The translations under genes and the position numbers were made by a program. Below are positions 7,811 through 14,534 of a stretch of 14,534 bases of DNA, in pieces. The stretch is from Verrucomicrobiota bacterium. Its GTDB lineage: Bacteria; Verrucomicrobiota; Verrucomicrobiia; Limisphaerales; CANJSG01. The notes beneath the pieces were generated by a model. The model was not told where the DNA came from, searched no databases, and saw only the letters and a list, made by a program, of their open reading frames with translations. Each line of letters begins with the position of its first letter. Positions within the stretch are counted from its first letter, which is position 1. Location of the stretch: NCBI GenBank assembly GCA_038209745.1, contig JBBQXJ010000101.1:1-14534 (forward strand). Reading direction: 5' to 3'.

Positions 7811-8278
7811 TCATGGCCGCTTCTTCAAAATCACAGCATGACCGCTGTCAGGATCTCCAAGCGTGAAAATCAAACCGTAGGGCGGTTTGTCGCCAGTGAA
7901 ATTGGCTGGATGAATCCGATTGTCGGTAGTGCGCAAATAGACGCCCCACATAGGCTTGTTGCCCGGGTCGAGCGTGCCAAGCGAGCCCTTCTCCCACTTG
8001 CCCGACCCACTGAGCAACGAAGCGAAGAAATTTGTCCCGGGCGAACTCAACTGCCAAGGCGGGACATTGCTGGCGAGAAACGTTCCATCCGCGTGAAGCT
8101 CAACTAGAACTTCTGGCCGCGTGCTGCCAACTTCAGGCGGCAAATGAAAAGTATCGGCGACGTATGTCCCGACAACATCCTCGGCCATTGGCTCGGTCGT
8201 GGTGTAGAGGTTGGCGTGCGGGTCATACTGGCATCCGGCCAAAGCCAACGACGCGAGAATGCGAAAGGGGGTGCGCAT
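7811..8278 (-). CDS. Hypothetical lipoprotein
   Basis: MRTPFRILASLALAG-C lipobox; 155 aa. GC is lower than neighbours: 30/60 and 32/60 G+C in the lines starting 7861 and 8101, against 43/60 in the argD line starting 8641. Confidence 0.8.
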   Translation of the reverse strand: MRTPFRILASLALAGCQYDPHANLYTTTEPMAEDVVGTYVADTFHLPPEVGSTRPEVLVELHADGTFLASNVPPWQLSSPGTNFFASLLSGSGKWEKGSLGTLDPGNKPMWGVYLRTTDNRIHPANFTGDKPPYGLIFTLGDPDSGHAVILKKRP

Positions 8279-8295
8279 AGCGGGCTAACTTGAAG

Positions 8296-9648
8296 CTAAG
8301 CGACGGCCTTCACCACCCGCTCGATGATGGCGATGCCTTCTTGGGCTTGTGCACTAGTGAGGTTCAAGGCCGGCAACAGGCGCACGACCTGCGTGCCGCT
8401 GGGAATGGTCAGCAGGCCTTCTTCGTGGAGCCGGTCGATCATCTGGAGAGACGCGGCCCGGTCCGAGCCGGCGAAGCCCTTGATCTGGTCGGCGAGTCGC
8501 AGCTCGAAGCCGATCATCAGGCCCACGCCCCGGGAATTCATGACCACGCCGGGGTAGGTATCGGCCAGGCGCTGGAGTTCGTGCCGCAGCCAGTCGCCGA
8601 TCTTGCGGGCGTTGTCCGCCAGCTTTTCGCGTTCGATCACCTCGAAGATCTTCAGCGCGACGGCGCAGCCCAGCGGCGTGCCGCCGTAGGTGGTGCCGTG
8701 GGTGCCGGGGCCGAGCAGTTCGCCGAGCTTCACCCCGTGGTGCTGTTCCCGGATCCAGAAGGCGCCGATGGGGAAGCCGCCGCCGAGCGACTTGGCCATG
8801 GAGATGCCGTCGGGCAGGAACGTAGACCGGGCATCCTGCGCGGTCAGTTGAGCGTCCTCCGGAGACGGGCTGGAAGCCCGTCCTACGTTTTCAAGAATCC
8901 GCTGGAAGCTTTGGAAGCGGCCGGAGCGGAAATGGCCGCATTGCACGCCGTCGATCAGCAGCAGGAGCCTCTTCTCGTCGCAGAGTTGCCGCAGACCGAG
9001 GAGGTATTCCGACGTGGCGGGCGTGATGCCGCCTTCGCCCTGGATGCCTTCGATCAGGATGGCGGCCGTGGCCGGCGACACGGCGTCGCGCATGGCCTGG
9101 AGATCGTTGAACAGCACATGGCGGAAGCCCGGCACCATGGGCTCGAAGCCCTTCTTCACCTTCTCCTGACCGGTAGCGGAAACGCCGGCGAGCGTCCGGC
9201 CGTGGAAGGAATTCTGCGCGGTCAGGATCTCGAAGCGGCCTTCGTCGTGGCCGAACTTCCGGGCCAGCTTGTAGAGGCCTTCATTGGCCTCGGCGCCGGA
9301 GTTGCAGAAGAAGACGCGGCCGGGTGCGAGATGCTGGACGATCTTCTCCGCCAACCGGCCCTGCGGCTCGGTGTAGTAGAGATTGGAGACGTGCATCAGC
9401 CGCTTGGCCTGTTCGGCCAACGTAGCGGCGACTTCCGGATGGCAATGGCCGAGCGAGCAGACGGCGATGCCGCCGCCCAGATCGAGATACCGACGGCCGC
9501 GGATATCGTGGAGGTAGCTGCCCGCGCCGTGGGTAAAGGCGAGGTCGAAGCGCCCGTAGCTGGGCACGACGTAGCGGTTGAACAGCTCCTTCACCTCGGC
9601 GAACTGGTTCTGCACGATGGGCGGCGGAGGCGGCACGATGTCTTTCAC
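8296..9648 (-). CDS. argD: Acetylornithine/succinylornithine aminotransferase (class III PLP)
   Basis: Motifs YLDLGGGIAVCSLGHCHP, HVSNLY, FFCNSGAEANE, SFHGRT, EGIQGEGG, IDGVQCG, MAKSLGGGFPIG, HGTTYGG, RLLPAL. Carries a REP-derived 23-aa segment. Confidence 0.93.
   Translation of the reverse strand: MKDIVPPPPPIVQNQFAEVKELFNRYVVPSYGRFDLAFTHGAGSYLHDIRGRRYLDLGGGIAVCSLGHCHPEVAATLAEQAKRLMHVSNLYYTEPQGRLAEKIVQHLAPGRVFFCNSGAEANEGLYKLARKFGHDEGRFEILTAQNSFHGRTLAGVSATGQEKVKKGFEPMVPGFRHVLFNDLQAMRDAVSPATAAILIEGIQGEGGITPATSEYLLGLRQLCDEKRLLLLIDGVQCGHFRSGRFQSFQRILENVGRASSPSPEDAQLTAQDARSTFLPDGISMAKSLGGGFPIGAFWIREQHHGVKLGELLGPGTHGTTYGGTPLGCAVALKIFEVIEREKLADNARKIGDWLRHELQRLADTYPGVVMNSRGVGLMIGFELRLADQIKGFAGSDRAASLQMIDRLHEEGLLTIPSGTQVVRLLPALNLTSAQAQEGIAIIERVVKAVA
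8819..8889. repeat. Inverted GTAG-REP doublet (REPIN-like) inside argD
   Basis: Unit A on +: GTAGACCGGGCA-TCC-TGCGCGGTC (8822-8845). Unit B on -: GTAG-GACGGGCT-TCC-AGCCCGTC (8886-8864, perfect 8-bp stem). 18-nt spacer; outer inverted repeat AACGTAG/CTACGTT. Confidence 0.85.
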
Positions 9649-9761
9649 TGCGGAAACGTCTAGCGGTCGTCAGGCAAAATGAAATGCGGATTTCACCCGA
9701 TCCCCGTCCCAGTGCCGTAATTGTGGGACGCTATGAACCTCGGCGGGATTGCAGTCGCAGA

Positions 9762-9913
9762 TGGAGCGGCTTAATACCAGCGGACCCTGTGGCATCCCGA
9801 ACGACTCATCGGCTGGCACTGTCCTTGGGCGGGATGTTGGGTCTCGTCCATTCCCTAATGGGAGAGCCGCCGGCGGACTTGATGCCGAAGGGCCGTCCAC
9901 ACCGGCGCCTCCA
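9762..9913 (+). ncRNA. Candidate structured non-coding RNA/leader upstream of the IS1380 transposase relic
   Basis: Nested complementarities 9762-9766/9909-9913, 9781-9788/9889-9895, 9791-9796/9881-9886, 9810-9814/9865-9869, plus hairpin 9842-9852/9857-9865. No credible coding frame. Confidence 0.45.
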
Positions 9914-9999
9914 CAGCTTTTCGGCGTCGCGAGTGGAGCCGTTCATCAAAGCGGAACGATGGGTTGAAGTGAAGCGACCGATCGGGAGGTGGTTGGTGT

Positions 10000-10449
10000 T
10001 TGATGAAAACAGAACGATCCAAGGGCGAGAGCCCGCTTCACCAAACGGTGACCGGCGGATTGAAGTTCAAAAGCGGCCGAAAATCGATCGCGGCGAAGCT
10101 CACCGGGCAGCAGCTCAATGGGCACGCCGGGACGGCGACGTTCTGGGCATGGCTGCACGGCAAGGGTTGGCGCGAACGGCTAGCGGCCGCGCGGCCGCAC
10201 CGGTTGCCAACATCCAACAACAGTCTGACGCCGCAGGAGAAGGCGCCGGCCTTCGTCCATGGGCTGCTCAGCGAGGCCCGTACGCGCACCCTTGTCGCCT
10301 GTTTCCGACGGGATCCGCTGGTGCCGGAGCTGTTGGGCATCCGCCGCGTGGCCCGCGAGTCCACGTGGTCGCGATTCCTTGCCGGCTTTGGCACGGCGGT
10401 GCTGCTGGCGTTGTAAGAAGAGTTGCGCCTGCCGTTCATCGTGGTGGCG
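10000..10449 (+). pseudogene. IS1380-family (DDE_Tnp_1_4) transposase relic
   Basis: SD GGGAGGT (9984-9990); LTGQQLNGHAG...PTSNN...RRDPLVPELLGIRRVARESTWSRF matches the IS1380 N-terminal pattern. It continues LLAL*EELRLPFIVVA through a TAA at 10414, resembling the segment after RADSGF and implying an internal deletion. Confidence 0.7.
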
Positions 10450-10517
10450 AATCCAGCCGATCCAGCTTTCAAACTTGCGTTTTGCCCCCCTGCCCGATTG
10501 ATTTCCCATTCAAAATT

Positions 10518-11255
10518 ATGGACGAAGCACCACAGATCGAGTCCTCCAAACTCTATGACTTGCTCGATTGGGCGCATACGAACCGCCGAATGATCATCGG
10601 CGCCGTGGGTGTCGCCGCCGGCATCGGCATTGCCGTCGCCGTCGTGACCTGGCGCAAGGGCGAGAACGAGATCGCCGCCAACAAGGCCCTCTTCTCCGTT
10701 CCGGGTGCCGTGGTCGCCGCCGCTTCCACCCAGCCTGCATCGGCGGATTCCCTCCTGAAGGTCGCCACCGACTATGCCGGCACGCCCGCCGGCAACCGGG
10801 CCGATATCCTGGGTGCCACCCGCCTTTACTCCGAAGGCCGATACTCCGATGCATTGGCCGCCTTCCAGCGTCTAGCCGGCTCAGACAACAATACGTCCCT
10901 CCAAGCCATTGCCGCCTACGGAGTGGCATCCAGCTTCGACGCCCTGGGCAAACGCTCCGAAGCTTCCGCCAAGTATTCCGAGGTCATCAGCCAGTTCCCC
11001 GCCGAACCTGTGGCTCCTCAGGCGAAGCTCGCCCTCGGTCGGATCGAAGTCGCCGAAGGCCGGCAAGAGGCGGCCTTCCGTCTCTATCAGGAACTGTCCA
11101 ACGCCGGTCCCTACGATCCGTGGTCCGCCGAGGCGAACGAACGCCGCCAAGAGCTGCTCACGCAGTTCCCCGATCTCGCCAAGAGCATTCCCACCGCCGC
11201 TCCGCTCGCCCTCCCCGGGCTCAGCCCCGAGCCGGCTTCGGCTCCCAAGCTCTGA
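10518..11255 (+). CDS. Membrane-anchored tetratricopeptide-repeat protein (YfgM-like)
   Basis: ATG at 10518; W..NRR followed by one TM helix; TPR-like helices (LYSEGRYSDALAAF, AYGVASSFDALGK, AKLALGRI); Pro/Ala-rich tail. Confidence 0.85.
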   Translation: MDEAPQIESSKLYDLLDWAHTNRRMIIGAVGVAAGIGIAVAVVTWRKGENEIAANKALFSVPGAVVAAASTQPASADSLLKVATDYAGTPAGNRADILGATRLYSEGRYSDALAAFQRLAGSDNNTSLQAIAAYGVASSFDALGKRSEASAKYSEVISQFPAEPVAPQAKLALGRIEVAEGRQEAAFRLYQELSNAGPYDPWSAEANERRQELLTQFPDLAKSIPTAAPLALPGLSPEPASAPKL

Positions 11256-11390
11256 TTCCACCGGCCGAATTCCCCAAATGGGGACGAGCCTTGCGGGGCT
11301 GCTGCGCAATTTCACAAATCGTCGCATCAAAAACTCAAAGGCGGTCGCACTTGATCCGATAGACCGCAGAAAACAAAAATCAGCAACAAC

Positions 11391-12683
11391 ATGAAATTGA
11401 CCATCATTGGAACCGGCTACGTGGGCTTGGTCACGGGCGCCTGCTTCGCCGAAGTCGGCCACACCGTCATCTGCGTCGACAACAACGAGGCCAAAGTAAA
11501 GATGCTGCAAGCCGGAGGCATCCCGATCTATGAGCCGGGCCTCGAAGAAATGGTGAAAAAGAACGTGGCCGCCGGCCGGCTCCACTTCACCAGCAGCACC
11601 CAGGAAGGCGTTGAAAAGTCCGACGTCGTCTTCATCGCCGTGCCCACCCCGCCACAGGTCGATGGTTCCGTCGATCTCAGCTACATCGAAGCGGTCGCCC
11701 GCGACATCGCCGGCGCGATGACCAGCTATAAGATCGTCGTCGACAAGAGCACCGTCCCCGTCAAGACCGGCGAAAAGGTGACCGAGACCATCAAGCGCTA
11801 CTGCAAGGCCAAGGTAGAATTCGACGTCGTCAGCAATCCGGAATTCCTCCGCGAAGGCTTCGCCGTCGGCGATCTAATGAAGCCCGACCGTGTCGTGGTC
11901 GGCACCGGCAGCCCTCGCCCGGTGCAGGCCATGAAGGACGTCTACACCCCCTTCAACGCCCCGATCATCATCACCGACATCAACTCCGCAGAGTTGATCA
12001 AGCACGCCGCAAACTCCTTCCTCGCCCTCAAAATATCCTACATCAACGCCGTCGCGAACATCTGCGAAGCCTCCGGCGCCAACGTCGAACAGGTCGCCAT
12101 CGGCATGGGCATGGACGAGCGCATCGGCCGCCGCTTCCTCAATGCCGGCATCGGCTTTGGCGGCTCCTGCTTCCCGAAGGATCTCAGCGCCTTCATCAAG
12201 ATCTCCGAGACCCTCGGCTACGACTTCGCCCTCTTGAAGGAGGTCCAGCGCATCAACGCCAACCAGATGGACCGCTTCGTCAAGAAGATCACCGACACCC
12301 TCTGGGTCGTGAAGGACAAGACCATCGGCGTCCTCGGTCTCGCCTTCAAACAGAACACGGACGACTGCCGCATGTCCCCCGCGATCGAGCTCTGCCAGAA
12401 GCTCATCAAGGACGGAGCCAAACTCCGTGTCTTCGATCCCAAGGGCATGGAAAAAGCCAAGGACATCCTCGGCGACACCGTCACCTACGTGGACGACATG
12501 GACTCGGTGGCCGATGGCTGCGACGCCCTCGTCATCGCCACCGAGTGGCCGGAATTCAAGAAGCTCGACCTAGCCCGCGTCCGCAAAGCCCTCAGCCACC
12601 CCATCCTGTTCGACGGCCGAAATCTCTTCGACCCGAAGGAAATGGAAACCCTCGGCTTCATCTACAAGAGCGTGGGGCGGTAG
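11391..12683 (+). CDS. ugd: UDP-glucose 6-dehydrogenase
   Basis: Motifs IGTGYVG, PIYEPGL, FIAVPTP, KSTVPV, SNPEFLREG, catalytic GFGGSCFPKD, GLAFK, DGRN. Confidence 0.96.
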   Translation: MKLTIIGTGYVGLVTGACFAEVGHTVICVDNNEAKVKMLQAGGIPIYEPGLEEMVKKNVAAGRLHFTSSTQEGVEKSDVVFIAVPTPPQVDGSVDLSYIEAVARDIAGAMTSYKIVVDKSTVPVKTGEKVTETIKRYCKAKVEFDVVSNPEFLREGFAVGDLMKPDRVVVGTGSPRPVQAMKDVYTPFNAPIIITDINSAELIKHAANSFLALKISYINAVANICEASGANVEQVAIGMGMDERIGRRFLNAGIGFGGSCFPKDLSAFIKISETLGYDFALLKEVQRINANQMDRFVKKITDTLWVVKDKTIGVLGLAFKQNTDDCRMSPAIELCQKLIKDGAKLRVFDPKGMEKAKDILGDTVTYVDDMDSVADGCDALVIATEWPEFKKLDLARVRKALSHPILFDGRNLFDPKEMETLGFIYKSVGR

Positions 12684-12726
12684 AGTCTGATCGCGGATGC
12701 CGGATCCGCCATCCGCCATCCCTCCC

Positions 12727-13134
12727 ATGAAGCGCATCGAAGTTTCAGCCGGCCTCGTGTTTCACGGCGGCCGGCTTCTCATTGCCCAGCGCAAGCCCGA
12801 CGCCCACCTCGGCGGATTCTGGGAATTTCCAGGCGGCAAACGCGAACCGGACGAGACCTTCGAGGCGTGCCTTGTCCGCGAACTCCGGGAGGAACTCGAC
12901 ATCGAAGTCTCCGTCGATGAACTCGTCGAAGAGATCTCACACGACTATCCGGACAAACAGGTGCTTCTGCGTTTCTTCCGCTGCCGCCTCGTCTCCGGCG
13001 AACCGCGTCCCATCGGTTGCCACGCCATCGCTTGGATCATCCGCGAAATGTTGACCGAATATCCCTTCCCCGCAGCCGACGCCCGGCTCATTGCCCGCCT
13101 CGCGACCGGCGAGATCCCGTTCGCCTCCGCGTAG
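12727..13134 (+). CDS. mutT: 8-oxo-dGTP diphosphatase MutT / NudG-type Nudix hydrolase
   Basis: HLGGFWEFPGGK; Nudix box GGKREPDETFEACLVRELREEL; FPAAD. ATG at 12727 is preferred. Confidence 0.88.
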   Translation: MKRIEVSAGLVFHGGRLLIAQRKPDAHLGGFWEFPGGKREPDETFEACLVRELREELDIEVSVDELVEEISHDYPDKQVLLRFFRCRLVSGEPRPIGCHAIAWIIREMLTEYPFPAADARLIARLATGEIPFASA

Positions 13135-13205
13135 CTGGCAACGCATGTCGGCCAGCCTCCGTTCACAACTGTTTCCGCAGACAACCGACCGAAAGCCGGC
13201 GCTAC
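13131..13205. repeat. Degenerate inverted GTAG-REP doublet between convergent genes
   Basis: On +: GTAGCTGGC...GCCAGC (13131-13156). On -: GTAGCGCCGGCTTTCGGTCGGT starting at 13205. The ends GTAGC/GCTAC are inverted. Confidence 0.55.
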
Positions 13206-13846
13206 TTCCGCCGACTCCAGTCGTCATAAAGCTCGCGGAAACATTCGCGAAGATTGCCGCAATGGCGGGTCCAAAGCGCCCGGCATTCCTCCGAGGCCGG
13301 ATCCGGAAACCCGTCGTTCGAAGTGGCGACCAGTTCCGCCACCAGTCCCATCAGAAGCTCGGGCGAAGTTCGCGTTTCTTGGAGCAGGGGCAGGCGTCCA
13401 GGCAAATGCGTGGTGACGACAAATCCGTCCGCGTGCCGCGTGCGGGACAGAGCCCAACGCCAGTCGAGGAACCCGAGCTGTTCCGCGCCGTCGAGGAACC
13501 AGACCACCTTGTCACCGTGATCGACGTCGGAACGAAACGCGTCGGATTGATTCTTGGCAAAAACGCCTTCCTCCGAGCCTGCGCGGCTGAAGTGGTCGGC
13601 CAGCGTCGCACCGCTGCGGCACCACTCCGGGTCGAGTCGAACCACGGGAGCCTTCCAGTCCAGTTCGCGCAGCCGGGCCGCGATTTCCACCACGAGCGTG
13701 GTCTTGCCGGAACCCTTTGGGCCGACAAGCGCGCCTCTCCCTCGAAACTCCTGCAGGCGGCGAAGCAGTTCGTCCACTGGAGGACCGTGGCGGAAACGCA
13801 GCGCCTCGAGGCGGGCGGCGTGGAAGGGATTCTCAGCGGCCGACAA
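13202..13846 (-). CDS. Small P-loop NTPase (AAA+-like), function unknown
   Basis: N-terminal NPF; Walker A GPKGSGKTT; Walker B WFLDGAEQL; VVTTH; C-terminal GNLRECFRELYD. The start overlaps the end of the upstream gene. Confidence 0.82.
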   Translation of the reverse strand: MSAAENPFHAARLEALRFRHGPPVDELLRRLQEFRGRGALVGPKGSGKTTLVVEIAARLRELDWKAPVVRLDPEWCRSGATLADHFSRAGSEEGVFAKNQSDAFRSDVDHGDKVVWFLDGAEQLGFLDWRWALSRTRHADGFVVTTHLPGRLPLLQETRTSPELLMGLVAELVATSNDGFPDPASEECRALWTRHCGNLRECFRELYDDWSRRK

Positions 13847-14393
13847 TGCCCCAGCCTCCCTTCGTCTCGCGACGTTCGTCCGGCACCTCCTCGATCCGGA
13901 ATGCTTGGCCGGTGGGCGAGATCACAAAGTCCAGCCGCAGCAAAGTTTCTTTAGGCGCTAGGACGACGAGGTCGAGCGCCCAGCGCACCGACACCAAACG
14001 GCCATCGAGCGAGAACGGCTCATAGGGCAGATCGAAGCGGAACGGGTTGACCGCCTGCGCTTCGGGCGATTCAAAGACCTCCGTCTGCACCACTCCGAGG
14101 TCCGAAGTCCCCTTCCCTTCGGTATACCAGAAGAGCCGCAGCTCGGCCTTCTTGGGCGCGGACTCCAAAGCCCAGGCCGCGACACCTTCGAGCGACTCTC
14201 CCGGCAGATAACTCGTCCGGCCGCCCTTCAGTCCGAGTCGCAGTCCATTGCCTTCGATCAATTCGGGCCCTCCTTGGTCAAGTGGCGGAGTGGTGTGGTC
14301 CCGCATGGCGGCGACCATCTGGACAGGAAATTCGTCGTCCACACCGGGCCCGCGGACGATCTCGCCCCGCACGCGGACGAGCCATTCGATCTT
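13833..14393 (-). pseudogene. 3' part of a gene interrupted by IS5: two beta-sandwich (arrestin/SpoOM-like) segments; the distal one may be translated independently from TTG 14261
   Basis: The frame is open from the IS junction: KIEWLVRVRGEI...DDEFPV - linker - LRLGLKGGRTSYLPGESLEG...LRLFWYTEGKGT...PFSLDGRLVSVRWAL. AAGGAG lies shortly upstream of TTG 14261. Confidence 0.7.
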
Positions 14394-14394
14394 G

Positions 14395-14534
14395 GGAACC
14401 GCTGATTTAATCGCGCTCCCACGGAAAGCGAGCTGACGCGGGAGGAGCGTTGGGGGAGGATGGTGGGCATGGAAGCACAGAGGAGTTTCGCGGAGGCGGA
14501 GTTCATGGCGAAGAAGAAGACCACGCGGCGGGAG
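14395..14534 (+). mobile_element. Left end of an IS5-family insertion sequence (partial)
   Basis: Terminus GGAACCGCTGATTTAATC at 14395, preceded by CTTG (possible 4-bp target, cf. YTAR) and followed by an SD and the transposase N-terminus. Confidence 0.85.
14469..14534 (+). CDS. IS5-family transposase, N-terminal 22 aa (partial)
   Basis: GGAGGA SD at 14455-14460; MEAQRSFAEAEFMAKKKTTRRE matches the IS5 QxSFAxAE...KxTRRE N-terminus. Not in the ORF track. Confidence 0.88.
   Translation, partial: MEAQRSFAEAEFMAKKKTTRRE

Noticed and set aside
8819..8889. Intein or intron explanation for the ArgD insert
   Set aside because: Far too short, with no Cys/Ser...His-Asn intein ends or intron structure; the REP doublet explains it.
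9684..10517. 278-aa N-terminal extension of the TPR protein (523-aa ORF in the track)
   Set aside because: It runs through the IS1380 leader and relic in a non-transposase frame and is Arg/Pro/Ala-rich without motifs. The YfgM-like protein starts naturally at ATG 10518.
11340..11351. ops-like element (GGCGGTCGCACT) upstream of ugd
   Set aside because: It differs from GGCGGTAGnnTG at key positions and there is no long polysaccharide operon downstream.
13500..13630. Possible second in-frame REP insertion in the NTPase between the Walker motifs
   Set aside because: No GTAG/CTAC ends or clean palindrome at the DNA level.
14258..14524. 88-aa minus-strand ORF
   Set aside because: It spans the IS5 junction, is antisense to the IS5 transposase start and is out of frame with the real interrupted gene.
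1..14534. CRISPR array, tRNA or rRNA genes; composite transposon
   Set aside because: No regularly spaced direct repeats, cloverleaf or rRNA-like sequence was seen, and the two flanking ISs belong to different families.

Overview
GC-rich bacterial chromosomal segment. The gene families suggest Verrucomicrobiota/PVC, but that assignment is an inference. The window runs from the 3' end of an ISL3 element (left edge) to the 5' end of an IS5 element (right edge). Intact genes: an HtrA/DegP-DegQ protease, a class IV aminotransferase, a Tat-exported unknown protein, a dienelactone hydrolase, a GYF_2/DUF4339 membrane protein, a DUF2238/YjdF protein, a low-GC lipoprotein, argD, a YfgM-like TPR protein, ugd, mutT and a small P-loop NTPase. 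One further gene is interrupted by the IS5. Between these lie decayed mobile DNA: an internally deleted DUF4338(DruA-like)+ISAs1 mini-element and an IS1380 relic. The most notable observations are: (1) an inverted GTAG-REP doublet inserted in frame inside argD and translated as 23 residues just before the catalytic lysine; (2) a ~150 nt nested-stem non-coding leader upstream of the IS1380 transposase relic, a candidate transposon-encoded structured RNA; (3) a second REP-like doublet whose GTAG ends supply the stop codons of two convergent genes; (4) a 10-bp stem covering the htrA Shine-Dalgarno sequence. All family assignments come from motif recognition by eye; no searches were run.
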